Origin: Longimicrobiales bacterium
Lineage (GTDB): Bacteria > Gemmatimonadota > Gemmatimonadetes > Longimicrobiales > Gaopeijiaceae
NCBI GenBank assembly: GCA_965116905.1
Contig: OZ220732.1
Coordinates: 2,560,001-2,624,000 of the forward strand
DNA: 64,000 nucleotides
Direction: 5' to 3'
In this document: one piece after another, positions 29,789 to 40,600 of the stretch
Layout of the letters: every line of letters starts with the position of its first letter
How positions within the stretch are numbered: position 1 is the stretch's first letter
Program-made: the position numbers and the translations under genes
Notes under the pieces: generated by a model
What the model saw: only the letters and a program-made list of their open reading frames with translations
What the model was told of the DNA's origin: nothing
Database searches by the model: none

Positions 29789-32700
29789 ATGAAGATTCAG
29801 CCGAGTATGCTGCTGCTTTCGGTGTTGGGGGCCACGGTGTTCGCCGTACCCGCAGTGCACGCGGACGCCCAGACGGTCGAGCAGAACGACAGCTCCGCGC
29901 AGGCCGCGCGGCGTGCGAATTCGCTACCGCTCATCACCTCGAGGACCCTCGACTTCACGACCGACGAGGGCACCTGGATCGACGTCGACCTGAGCCCGGA
30001 CGGCGAGACCATCGTCTTCGAACTGCTGGGCGACCTGTACACGCTGCCCATCACGGGCGGCACCGCGACCAGGATCACGAGCGGGCAGGGCTACGACATG
30101 CAGCCGCGCTACTCGACCGACGGCTCTGAAATCGTGTTCGTGAGCGACCGCGACGGTTCCGAGAACATCTGGGTGGCGAACGCCGACGGAAGCGACCCGC
30201 GCCAGCTGACGGACACCGAACGCGACAACTACATGTCGCCGGTCTGGACGCCGGACGGCGAATACGTGATGGCGAACAAGGGCACGCAGCTCTGGCTCTG
30301 GCACGAGGACGGAGGCACCGGGGTGCAGATCACGGGGCAGGGTGGGGAAGGCGGGCCGGGCGGCGGGCCGGGCTTCGGCGGCGGCACTCCCTCGCACACC
30401 GGCGCGGCCTTCGGGCCGGATCCGCGGTACGTGTGGGTGAATGTGCGGGGCAACCTCGGCGGCGGCTTTCCGGTGGGCGAGGCCGACGACCGCGGTCCAG
30501 GCGCCGGCGCCCCCGACCCCTACAACCTCGACCCGGACCCTCCCGGGCACTTCGGCGCGGCCGAACAGAGCTCGGCGCGCCAGGTCGGCGCCTTCCAGAT
30601 CGGGATGCTGGACCGGGAGACGGGGCGTGTCATGGTCCGCACCCACGAGCACGAGGGCGCCTTCCGGCCCATGCCGAGCCCGGACGGACGCTGGCTCGCG
30701 TACGCGACCCGTTACGACGCGCGCGAGGCGCTGAAGCTGCTCGACCTGACGACCGGCGAAGAGAGCTGGCTGGTGATGGACGTGCAGCGGGACGAGTCGC
30801 AGGGCGGGGGCATGCGCGACCGGGACGTCTATCCCGGCGGGGCGTGGACGCCGGACTCGGGCGCGCTGATCACCTTCTACGGCGGCAAGATCATGCGCGT
30901 CGAGGTGCCGTCGGGCGAGGCCTCGGAAGTCCCCTTCACGGCCCACATCCAGCAGGACATGGGTCCGCTCGTCAAGTTCGACTATCCCATCAACGACTCG
31001 GTGCTGACGATCTCCCAGATCCGCGGCGCGCGCCCTTCGCCGGACGGGGCCCGGCTCGTCTTCTCGGCGCTCGACCGTCTCTGGACCGCGTCCCTGCCGG
31101 ACCCGGCGGGCACCCAGACCGAGGGCTACCCGGTCATCCGGGACGCGCGCCGCCTCACCACCTCGACCGATGTGGAGCACGGCGCGGCCTGGTCGCCGGA
31201 CGGCCGCCACATCGCATACGTGACCTGGAACGACTCGGCCGGCGGCGATATCTGGCGCATCCGCGCGGACGGCGGCGGCGAACCCGAGCGGCTCACGCCC
31301 ACCTCCGCCTTCTTCGACCGGATCGCGTACAACGGCGACGGCTCGCGCATCCTGGCCGTGCGCGGCTCGAAGATGCACCGCATGCGCACGCTGGAGGACT
31401 TCGGCCGGCACCACCCCGCGGCCGAGCTCGAATACGTATGGCTGCCCGCGGACGGCGGCGAGCCCAGCCGGATCATGTGGGTGGGTTCGGGGGCGACGCA
31501 GGAGGGCCGCAACGCGCCCCACCCCGGCCCGGACCCCGACCGCATATACGTGTGGGCGGGCCAGGACGGCCTGCTCTCGGTCCGCTACGACGGCACCGAC
31601 ATCCGCACGATCGTCAAGGTCACCGCGCCCGCCCGCCCCGGGCCCGGCAGCCGCCCCGCGCCCGACGAGGTCGTCCTGTCGCCGGACGGCAGGCGCGCGG
31701 TGGTGCGCGCCAACCGCAACGTCTTCACGATCACGGTGCCGCCGACCGGGGGCGAGGCACCGACCGTCTCGGTGGCGGCCCGGTCGTCCGTGCCGACGCG
31801 GCGCCTCACGAAGGTCGGCGGCGATTTCGTGGGCTGGACCCCGGATGGAACGGCCGCGTACTACTCGATCGGGCGCAGCTTCTTCCTGCACGACATCGCG
31901 GTGAGCGACTCGCTCGTGGCCGATTCGGTCGCGGCCGCGCGCGCCGAGGCGCGGGAGGAGGCCGATGCGTCCGGGGAGGACGCCGCCGACGCCGCGGATG
32001 CGCCCGCCGGGGAAGCCACCGATTCGGCCGCGGCGCAGGGCGAGAATGGCGGTCCTGTCTACGAGGCCGCGCGGTTCGACGTCGAGATCACCGTGCCGAA
32101 GGACCTGCCGCGTGGGGTGGTCGCTCTCACAAACGCACGCCTCATCACCATGCGGGGCGACGAGGTGATTCCGCGCGGGGACATCGTCGTGCGAGACAAC
32201 CGCATCGTGGCGGTGGGCGCGAGCGGCAGCGTGGAGATCCCGGACGGCGCCGACGTGCGCGACATGTCCGGCAAGACGATCTATCCCGGGCTCGTCGACA
32301 TCCACGCGCATACTTGGGTCGCGTGGGGGGTGCACCGCGGGCAGGTGTCGCAGTTCCTCGCGCAGCTGGCGTACGGGGTGACCACGCAGCGCGATCCCCA
32401 GACCTCGTCCGAGGACGCGGTCGCCTACTTCGACCTCATGGAGACCGGCGCGTTCATCGGGCCGCGCCTCTACTCGACCGGCCCCGGCGTCTTCAGCGCC
32501 GACCAGATCTCCAGCCTGGACGAGGCGCGCGACGTGCTGCGGCGCTACAGCGACCACTACAACACGAAGACGATCAAGCAGTACCTGGCCGGCGACCGGA
32601 AGATCCGGCAGTGGGTGATCATGGCGGCGCGCGAACAGGGCCTGACCCCGACCACCGAGGGCGGCTCCAACTTCACCATGAACCTGACGCTGGCGCAGGA

Positions 32701-33364
32701 CGGCTACGCGGGCCTGGAGCATTCGCTCCCGATCAGCCCGTTCTACCGCGACGTCGTGCAGCTGGGCGCCTTCAGCGGCATGGTCTATACGCCCACGCTG
32801 GTGGTGGCCTATGGCGGGCCGTCCGGGCGGCAGTACTACCTGACGCGCACCAACCTCGACGAGGTCGAGCGTCTCCGGTTCTTCACTCCCCGGGACGAGC
32901 TCGACAAGTGGAAGACCACGACCTGGTACCGCGACGATCAGTATCCGCACTTCCAGCAGGCCGAGCAGATCGTGAAGTGGATGGAGGCCGGGGGCCAGGC
33001 CGGCCTTGGCTCTCACGGCGAGGTGCAGGGCCTGGGGACCCACTGGGAGCTGTGGATGATGGCGTCTGGCGGCATGGACAACCACGACGCGCTGCGCATG
33101 GCCACCCTCATGAGCGCGGACGCGATCGGTCTGGCGGGCGACATCGGGTCGATCGAGCCGGGCAAGATCGCCGACCTGCAGGTCCTCGCGTCCAACCCGC
33201 TGGACGACCTCGAGAACTCGATCGACATCGACTACGTCATGAAGAACGGGCGGCTCTACGAGGCGGCGACTCTCACCGAGGTGTGGCCCCGCCAGCGGCC
33301 GCTGCCGACGCAGTGGTGGTGGCGCGTGGAGCCGCCCGACGTGCGGCAGGAGCGGGGGCGCTGA
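29789..33364 (+). CDS. Secreted PD40/TolB beta-propeller + amidohydrolase (paralog 1)
   Basis: AAGGAGG SD; FTTDEGTWIDVDLSPDG; PGLVDIHAH, YGVTTQRDPQT, GSIEPGKIADL. Confidence 0.9.
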   Translation: MKIQPSMLLLSVLGATVFAVPAVHADAQTVEQNDSSAQAARRANSLPLITSRTLDFTTDEGTWIDVDLSPDGETIVFELLGDLYTLPITGGTATRITSGQGYDMQPRYSTDGSEIVFVSDRDGSENIWVANADGSDPRQLTDTERDNYMSPVWTPDGEYVMANKGTQLWLWHEDGGTGVQITGQGGEGGPGGGPGFGGGTPSHTGAAFGPDPRYVWVNVRGNLGGGFPVGEADDRGPGAGAPDPYNLDPDPPGHFGAAEQSSARQVGAFQIGMLDRETGRVMVRTHEHEGAFRPMPSPDGRWLAYATRYDAREALKLLDLTTGEESWLVMDVQRDESQGGGMRDRDVYPGGAWTPDSGALITFYGGKIMRVEVPSGEASEVPFTAHIQQDMGPLVKFDYPINDSVLTISQIRGARPSPDGARLVFSALDRLWTASLPDPAGTQTEGYPVIRDARRLTTSTDVEHGAAWSPDGRHIAYVTWNDSAGGDIWRIRADGGGEPERLTPTSAFFDRIAYNGDGSRILAVRGSKMHRMRTLEDFGRHHPAAELEYVWLPADGGEPSRIMWVGSGATQEGRNAPHPGPDPDRIYVWAGQDGLLSVRYDGTDIRTIVKVTAPARPGPGSRPAPDEVVLSPDGRRAVVRANRNVFTITVPPTGGEAPTVSVAARSSVPTRRLTKVGGDFVGWTPDGTAAYYSIGRSFFLHDIAVSDSLVADSVAAARAEAREEADASGEDAADAADAPAGEATDSAAAQGENGGPVYEAARFDVEITVPKDLPRGVVALTNARLITMRGDEVIPRGDIVVRDNRIVAVGASGSVEIPDGADVRDMSGKTIYPGLVDIHAHTWVAWGVHRGQVSQFLAQLAYGVTTQRDPQTSSEDAVAYFDLMETGAFIGPRLYSTGPGVFSADQISSLDEARDVLRRYSDHYNTKTIKQYLAGDRKIRQWVIMAAREQGLTPTTEGGSNFTMNLTLAQDGYAGLEHSLPISPFYRDVVQLGAFSGMVYTPTLVVAYGGPSGRQYYLTRTNLDEVERLRFFTPRDELDKWKTTTWYRDDQYPHFQQAEQIVKWMEAGGQAGLGSHGEVQGLGTHWELWMMASGGMDNHDALRMATLMSADAIGLAGDIGSIEPGKIADLQVLASNPLDDLENSIDIDYVMKNGRLYEAATLTEVWPRQRPLPTQWWWRVEPPDVRQERGR

Positions 33365-33861
33365 TGGGCCTGGCCGCCGTTCCCTTCACGCTCAAGCGCA
33401 GCTCCGACCTGTATACGTCCGGCGGAGGGTACGAGTCCACCACCGAGACGGCCCACGGTCTCGTGCGCCTGGAGGCCGACCGGCTGGTCATTCAGTGGCG
33501 GGTCGCGGTGGTGACCGAGTCGATGGAGGGTGCCGGCTACGAGACGCGGGAGGAGATCGAACCCGTCAAGGAGATTGTGATGCCGCTGGCCAAGGTGGCG
33601 GGCGCGTTCGTTCCGGAGCGGAGATGGTGGCGGCTGACCGGGCCGAAGCTAGTCATCACGGCCTCGGACCTGCTCGCCTTTGAGAGGATCGCGGGCGAGG
33701 AAGGACTCAAGCTCAAGCATCCGGCCAAGCTGGTGTTGCGCATCAAGCGCGGGGACCGCCTGGTCGCGCAGGAGTTCGCGGCAGAGCTGGCGCTGGCGGT
33801 GGCGCGGCTGCCCGAGGGGACTCGCGGCGCAGGCGCGCTCCCCGGCCGGCAGCCCGCGTAG
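33364..33861 (+). CDS. Hypothetical protein
   Basis: TGATG coupling to the amidohydrolase; MGLAAVPFTLKRSSD... with coding-like codon usage. Confidence 0.7.
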   Translation: MGLAAVPFTLKRSSDLYTSGGGYESTTETAHGLVRLEADRLVIQWRVAVVTESMEGAGYETREEIEPVKEIVMPLAKVAGAFVPERRWWRLTGPKLVITASDLLAFERIAGEEGLKLKHPAKLVLRIKRGDRLVAQEFAAELALAVARLPEGTRGAGALPGRQPA

Positions 33862-33906
33862 CCTCGCACGCGGACCGCCGGCCGGCCGGTCTTCTGTCGC
33901 CCTGGC

Positions 33907-36900
33907 CTAGTTGCGCCGGATCCCGGCCGCCGTGCTCCCCGGGTCGGCCTCGGCGGGCCTTCTGCGTTCCAGGGTGCGCTCCTCGGGATACACCTCGTCG
34001 AGGGTCATGCCGTCGTAGAGGCGGCCGTCCTTCATCACATACTGAATGTCGACCGTGTTGCGGAGGTCGTCGAGCGGGTTCGAGTTCAGGACCACGATGT
34101 CGGCGAACTTGTCCTTCTCGATGCTGCCGAGCTGCTCGCCGAACCCGATCGCCTCGGCGCCCAGGATCGTCGCCGCCCGCAGCATGTCGTGATTCGAGGC
34201 GCCGCCGGCCGCCATGGCCCACAGCTCCCAGTGGAAGCCGACGCCCTGGATCTGCCCGTGGCCTCCAACCGCCACGCGGCCATCGTCCTCAAGCATCTTC
34301 TTTACGAACTCGGCGTGACGCGGGAAGACGTGCTCCTCTTCCAGGAACCAGCCCACCGGACCGGGACTGCCGCCGGAGCCCGACCCGCGCCGCCGCGTCC
34401 GCGCGTCGATGTTCTCCTTGGGGATGAACATGTTCAGCTTCGGGTCGTCGTGGGCGTTCTCGGTGGCGTAGAAGTAGTTCTCCCCGAAAGGGCCCCCGTA
34501 GGAGACCAGCAGCGTCGGGGTGTTCGTGGTCTCCGACTCCTTGAATAGCTCCACGACGTCGGAGTACATGGGCGCGATGGGGATGTTGTGCTCGATCCCC
34601 GGATATCCGTCGATCGCGTGCGTCATGTCGATCTTGTAGTCGAGCCCGCCCTCCGTGGTGGGCATCAGCTCGAGCTCGCGCGCCGCCTGGATGATCCACT
34701 GACGCTGCTGGCGGTTCCCGCTCATGTACATCTTGAGCGTCTTGGTGTCGTAGTACTCGGAATAGCGGCGCAGGATCGTCTTGGCGTGGTCGGCGTCGCG
34801 GATGTTCTCTCCGTTGAAGACGCCGGGACCGGTCGAGTAGATCCGCGGGCCCGTCATTCCGCCCGTCAGGACGCGGTCCGTGTAGCTCAGAATGTCGGTG
34901 AAGGCCGTCTGCGGGTCGCGCGTGGTAGTGACCCCGTAGGACAGCGTTGCCAAATATTGCCAAACTTCCTGCGGGTGGATCTCCGGCACCAGCCACATGG
35001 AATGGTAGTGGATGTCGATATAGCCGGGGACGAGCGTCTTGCCCGCCACGTCGATCACCCGGGCGCTGTCGGGGATCTCGACCGAATCGGCGACGCCGAC
35101 CTCGACGATCCTGTTGTCGGTGATGAGCACCACCCCGTTCTCGATGACGTGGGGCACCCCGGTGGTGTCGGACGGATTGTCCGCCATCGTGATGACGCGG
35201 CCGCCGCGAAGCGCCACCACCCCGCGCGGGATGTCGCGCGGCAGCTGGACCTCGATCTTGCGCTCGTGCGCCTCGTAGGTGTCGGTCGTGTCGGCGAGGA
35301 TCTCCTTGTCGCCGTCCCGGACCGCGCTGGCCCGGGCGGCCACCTCCTCCGCGGCCTCGCGGATCGAGTCGGCGCGCGCCATGAGCGAATCGGCCACGAC
35401 CTGCACCGAATCGGCCTGCAGGCGCGTGATCTCGTCCTCCAGCTCCTCGGGCACCTCCTCGTCCGCGTTCCTGAGGCTGTCGGCTTCGGCGCGCTTCTCA
35501 CTCAGCGTGTCCGAAATGGCCATGGCGCGTGCGCGGATCAGCGCTCTCTCGTGCGCGGTCGCCTCTTCCTCCGCCTCCTCGGCCTCGACGTGGTCGACAT
35601 CGTAGGTGAAGAGCACGTTGCCCATCGCCCAGTGCAGCGCCGAGCCGTCGGGAGCCCACGAGGGGAACTCGCCTCCGACGTCGGTCAGCTTGCGCACGGG
35701 AACCGGCGAGGCCCCCAGGTTGGTGAGCAGGATGTTGGGCGGCGCCGCCCCCACCTCCGCCAGTTCCACGATGTAGATGTCGTTGCCGAACTGCACGAAC
35801 GCGCGGTCGCCTTCGGGCGAGAGCACGATGAGTCCGGCGGGCTGCGCAAAGCCCGGCTCGGTCGGCGGACGGGGGTCGGTCGGGTCGGGGGCCTTGCGCC
35901 AGGGGTAGACCCGCCTCGGCAGGTATTCCCACTCGTCGGGGTGCGGATTCGCCATCCCCGCGATTCCCTGGCGTCCGCGCACCATCAGGTGGCGCTTGAT
36001 GTCGGTGCCGTCCCAGCGGAACGAGACCAGCCCCTCGACCGGGCTGTAGGCGTAGATGCGGTCGGAGTCGTCGGCCGCGAAGTGGGCGACGTCGCGTGCA
36101 CCGGTCGGTGAGATGACGGTCGCCTCTGCGGGCGCTGCGGCGTTTGCGGGGACCCATACGAATTCGGCGCCCATCGGCCCGAAGAAGATGCCGGACGCCT
36201 CCATGAGGTCGCGCGCGGCGCCCCGCGAGGCCACGATGCGCTCGCCGTCGGGCGACCAGGCCACGTTGTAGTACATGGCGGCGGTGCTGGTGAGCCGGGT
36301 GGGCGTGCCTCCGGCCGCCGGTACCCGCATGATGTGGCCGCCGTCGGTGTCGTCCCAGGTCACGTAGGTGATCGCGCTGCCGTCCGGCGACCACTGCGGG
36401 TGGAACTCGCCGACATCCGCTTCGGTGAGGCGCGTCGCGTCGCCCTCGGGCAGGTCACGCACCCAGAGACGATCGAACGCCGTGAACACGACCCGGTCGC
36501 CATCGGGCGACACCGCGGGGCTGCGGATCTGGCTGGCGGTGACCATCGCGGTGGTGTCGATCTGGTAGTCGAACTTCACCGAAGGCCCGATGCCCAGCTC
36601 CACGTCGACTTCGAACGGGATCTCGGTGGGCTCGCTTCCGTCCATCGGGACGTTCCAGATCCTGCCGCCGTACGAGACGACGATCGCGGAGCCGTCGGGA
36701 AGGAACGCGTAGCCGGGGTGTACGTCGATGGGCGCGCGCGACTCCTGCTCGTCGCGCTGGACGGGGTACGCCAGCCACTCCTCGTCGCCGGTCGCCAGGT
36801 TGCGCTTCCTGAGTCCCGTGTCGGCGTTGTAGCGGGTCGCGTAGACCAGCCACTCGCCGTCGGGAGAGATCGCCGGACGCATCCCCGAACCGTACCGGCT

Positions 36901-37644
36901 GGTCATCGCGGCGCTTGTGCCCGTTTCGCGGTCGTAGCGGTAGACCTGGTAGCGGGGGAGGCGGGCGTTGTACTGCCAGTCCCCGAAGGCCTGCGCGTAC
37001 CAGATGTGCCGTCCGTCGGGGCTGAATGCGGCGCCGATGCGCTTGATTCCCCCGAACAACGCCGCGAAGATCGGCGACGTGGGCGCCCCGGGGATCGTGA
37101 TGGGGGACGAGCGCTCCGCGTGGTACATGTACAGGTTGGCCGAACCGCCCAGCCCGCCCGAGCGGCTGACCACGATGTACTCGCCGTCCGGCACCCACTC
37201 GGGCGAAAGGAAGAGGTTGTTGTTGCCGCGCGACACCTGCGTCGTGTCGGTCTTGTCCAGGCGCATCGTCCACAGGTTGTCGCCGCCGCTGCGGTCGGAG
37301 ATGAAGGCGACCGACTCGCCGTCGGGGCTGAAGCGCGGCTGCACCTCGAAGGCCATCCCGGTGAGGAGCGGAGACGCCTTGCCTCCGGTGATCGGCATGG
37401 TGTAGAGGTCGCCGAGGAGGTCGAATACGATCGTCTGGCCGTCGGGACTCACGTCGAGCGAGATCCACGTGCCTTCGGTGGCGGTGAATTCGGCCGTGCG
37501 CGCGTTGCGCAGCGGCAGCGGGTTCTGGCGGGGTCCGCCGGGTCTGGGCGGTTGCGCCACGAGCGGGGCGACCGTGAAGGCGATGGCGGCGAGGGCCAGC
37601 GCGGGCGCGGCGAAGCGGAAGGTCCTGCCGTAGGCGGCGCTCAT
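33907..37644 (-). CDS. Secreted PD40/TolB beta-propeller + amidohydrolase (paralog 2)
   Basis: FTATEGTWISLDVSPDG; PGYIDIHYH, YGVTTTRDPQT, GSIEKDKFADIVV; acidic helical insertion before the catalytic domain. Confidence 0.9.
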   Translation of the reverse strand: MSAAYGRTFRFAAPALALAAIAFTVAPLVAQPPRPGGPRQNPLPLRNARTAEFTATEGTWISLDVSPDGQTIVFDLLGDLYTMPITGGKASPLLTGMAFEVQPRFSPDGESVAFISDRSGGDNLWTMRLDKTDTTQVSRGNNNLFLSPEWVPDGEYIVVSRSGGLGGSANLYMYHAERSSPITIPGAPTSPIFAALFGGIKRIGAAFSPDGRHIWYAQAFGDWQYNARLPRYQVYRYDRETGTSAAMTSRYGSGMRPAISPDGEWLVYATRYNADTGLRKRNLATGDEEWLAYPVQRDEQESRAPIDVHPGYAFLPDGSAIVVSYGGRIWNVPMDGSEPTEIPFEVDVELGIGPSVKFDYQIDTTAMVTASQIRSPAVSPDGDRVVFTAFDRLWVRDLPEGDATRLTEADVGEFHPQWSPDGSAITYVTWDDTDGGHIMRVPAAGGTPTRLTSTAAMYYNVAWSPDGERIVASRGAARDLMEASGIFFGPMGAEFVWVPANAAAPAEATVISPTGARDVAHFAADDSDRIYAYSPVEGLVSFRWDGTDIKRHLMVRGRQGIAGMANPHPDEWEYLPRRVYPWRKAPDPTDPRPPTEPGFAQPAGLIVLSPEGDRAFVQFGNDIYIVELAEVGAAPPNILLTNLGASPVPVRKLTDVGGEFPSWAPDGSALHWAMGNVLFTYDVDHVEAEEAEEEATAHERALIRARAMAISDTLSEKRAEADSLRNADEEVPEELEDEITRLQADSVQVVADSLMARADSIREAAEEVAARASAVRDGDKEILADTTDTYEAHERKIEVQLPRDIPRGVVALRGGRVITMADNPSDTTGVPHVIENGVVLITDNRIVEVGVADSVEIPDSARVIDVAGKTLVPGYIDIHYHSMWLVPEIHPQEVWQYLATLSYGVTTTRDPQTAFTDILSYTDRVLTGGMTGPRIYSTGPGVFNGENIRDADHAKTILRRYSEYYDTKTLKMYMSGNRQQRQWIIQAARELELMPTTEGGLDYKIDMTHAIDGYPGIEHNIPIAPMYSDVVELFKESETTNTPTLLVSYGGPFGENYFYATENAHDDPKLNMFIPKENIDARTRRRGSGSGGSPGPVGWFLEEEHVFPRHAEFVKKMLEDDGRVAVGGHGQIQGVGFHWELWAMAAGGASNHDMLRAATILGAEAIGFGEQLGSIEKDKFADIVVLNSNPLDDLRNTVDIQYVMKDGRLYDGMTLDEVYPEERTLERRRPAEADPGSTAAGIRRN

Positions 37645-40600
37645 TTGTCACCTCCCCGGATCCCGGCGCGGACATTGGGCGCGGTGTTGCGCCATGGTTC
37701 GTCGGGCGCCGGCCGTTGTCTGGGCCACACCTCGTCGAGCGTGTCGCCGTCGTAGAGGCGTCCGTTCATCATCACCCGGTGGACCGTGTTGGTATTGCGG
37801 ATATCGGCGAGCGGATCCGCGTCGAGGATGACCAGGTCGGCCAGCTTGCCGGGCTCGATGGACCCCAGGTCGCCACCGAGACCGATCGCCTCGGCGCCCA
37901 TGATCGTGGCGGCCAGCAGCGCGTCGTGCTCGTCCATGCCGCCGCTCTGCATCGCCCACAGCTCCCAGTGGAAGCCCAGTCCCTGCAGCTGTCCGTGGCT
38001 GCCGACGCCGGTCTTCCCACCGTTCTCCACGAGTCGCGTCAGCCAGGCGGCGTGCTTCGGGAACGCATATTCGTCCTCCATGAACCAGCCGCCCGGTCCG
38101 GGGCCGGTCGTCTGCAGCCTCCGCGCCTTGGTGTCCAGCTCCAGCTTGGGCGTGAAGTGCGTGAGCTTCTCGTCGCCGAAGACGTCCTCGCGCGTGTAGA
38201 AGTAGTTCTCGGCCCACGGTCCCCCGTACGAGACGAGCAGCGTCGGCGAGTTGACGGTGCCGGACGTGGCGAAGAGCTCGACGACATCGCCGTAGGCCGG
38301 GATGATCGGCATCGAGTGTTCGATCCCGGGGTAGCCGTCGATTGCGTGGGTCATGTTGAGCCGGTAGTCCAGCCCGCCCTCGGTGGTGGGCATGAGCTCC
38401 AGGTCGCGCGCGGCCATGATCAGCCACTGCCGCTGCCGGCGGTTGCCGGACATGTACATCTTGAAGGTCTTGGTGTCGTAGTAGCGGCTGTACTTGGTCA
38501 GCACCTCGACCGCGTGCTCGTAGCTCTTGATGAAGTCGAACTGGAAGACGCCCGGCCCGGTCGAATAGACACGGGGACCGACCATCTTGCCGGCGCGCAC
38601 CATGTCCTCGTAGGAGAGCACGTCCGTGGTGGCCGTCTGGGGATCGCGCGTCGTGGTCACCCCGTAGGCCAGGTTCGCCTGGTAGATCCACGGGCGCGCC
38701 CAGTGCAGGCCCCACAGGTTCCACATGTGCGCGTGCGTGTCCACGAAGCCGGGGACGATGGTCTTGCCCGCCATGTCGATGACGGTCGCACCCTCGGGCA
38801 CGTCGCCCGGTCCCGCCGACACGGACACGATGCGGTTGTCGGTCACGACGACATCCGCATTCTCGACGATCTCGTCGCCGTTCATGGTGATCGCGCGAGC
38901 ACCGCGCAAGACGACCGTGCCGCGCGGGATGTCCCGGTCGGCGCTCACCGCGATCTGAAGTTCGGCGGCCTCGTAGGCGGTGTCGGCGGCGGCGGCGTCC
39001 AGGTCGTACGTGAACAGCGCGTTGCCGAGCGACCAGTGCACGGTGCGGCCGTCCGCACCCCAGGCCGGGAACTCGACGCCCAGTTGGTTCAGCTTCCACG
39101 CCGGCACCGCGGCCGAGTCGGGCTTGGTGACGTCTACCACCGGGAGGGCCGCACCCAGGTCCGGGACGGTCACGGCGTAGAGGTCGTCGCCGATCTGGGC
39201 CAGCGCGAGGTCTCCCTGCGGTGCCATCTCGACCGAGCCCGAGGTCATCCGCAGGACCAGCTCGCGCGGCTCGTCGTCGTCGAAGTCGGCCGGCATCACG
39301 AGGTCGGAGGTCTCCGAGCGCTTGTAGCCGATGGGCACGCCGCCCGCCGACAGGTCGGCCCGCGCGGTCACCTGAAGGTGCCGCCTTTTGTCCGTGTCGT
39401 CCCAGCGAGCCGAAGACAGGGCCGTGGTCACGGGCGGAGGGGTGGGGGAGCCCGGCACCGCGTCCGCGCGGGCGGCCCCGTAGTAGTAGATGCGGTCGGG
39501 ATCGGCGGTGAAGTGCGGCGATCTGCGTCCGGCGGTGGGGCCGATGACCGTCGCCTCGCCACCGGCGGCCGGGATCCAGATGAACTCGGAACCCGGGGTG
39601 CTGAAGAAGGGATCGACGGCTTCCTGCACGTCGCGCCGCGCAGACCGCACGCCGACGATGCGCGCGCCATCGGGCGAATACACGAGGTCCCGGTAGTACG
39701 CGGGCGCGGTGGTGAGCGTGACCGCATCGCCGCCTTCCGCCGACACGCGCCGGATGTGGCCCTCGGCGGTATCGTCGTCCCAGGTCACGTACGCCACATG
39801 ACGGCCGTCGGGCGACCACACGGGGCGGTGCTCGCCCACCTCGTCGCTGGTCAGCCGCATCGGCGTCCCGTCCGGGAGGTCGGCGACGTACACCCGGTCG
39901 AGCGCGGTAAAGGCGAGCCGGCTGCCGTCGGGCGAGGTGCGCGCAAAGCGAATCTGCTTGACCGTGAAGGTGGGCGTGTCCTCGATCGGGTACTCGAACT
40001 CGACCTCGGGCCCGATCGCGATCTCGGCCTCGACGGTGAAGGGGATCTCGACCGGGTCGCTTCCGTCCACCGGCACGCGCCAGATCCGGCCGCCGTAGGA
40101 CATCACCAGCGCGTCGGACTCGGGCGTGAAGGAATACCCGGGCAGCACGTCCATCGTGGCGGTCGATTCCTTGTCGTCGCGCTGGACGGGGTAGGCGAGC
40201 CAGCGCTCCATGCCCGAGGCGAGGTCGCGCAGCCGTATCCCCGTGTCCGCGTCGTCGCGGCTTCCATAGGCCAGCATCGTGCCGTCGGGCGACACGGCGG
40301 GCCGGAACGCCGACCCGTAGCGGTTCGTCATCGGCGTGCGCGTTCCCGACTGCCGGTCGTAGACCCACAGCTGGAACTGCGGGAAGATGGCGTTGTACTG
40401 CCAGGTGCCGTTGCGCTGGGCGTACCAGACGTAGCGCCCCTCGGCGTCCACGGCCGCGCCCATCATCCGCTGTCCCCCGGGACCTCCCACCATCTCGATC
40501 CCGGTGCCTCCGTCCACATGGTACAGCCAGAGCTTCTCGAGTCCCTGGAAAGGGCGGGCCCGCGACACCACGACGTACTTGCCGTCGGGCATCCACTCGG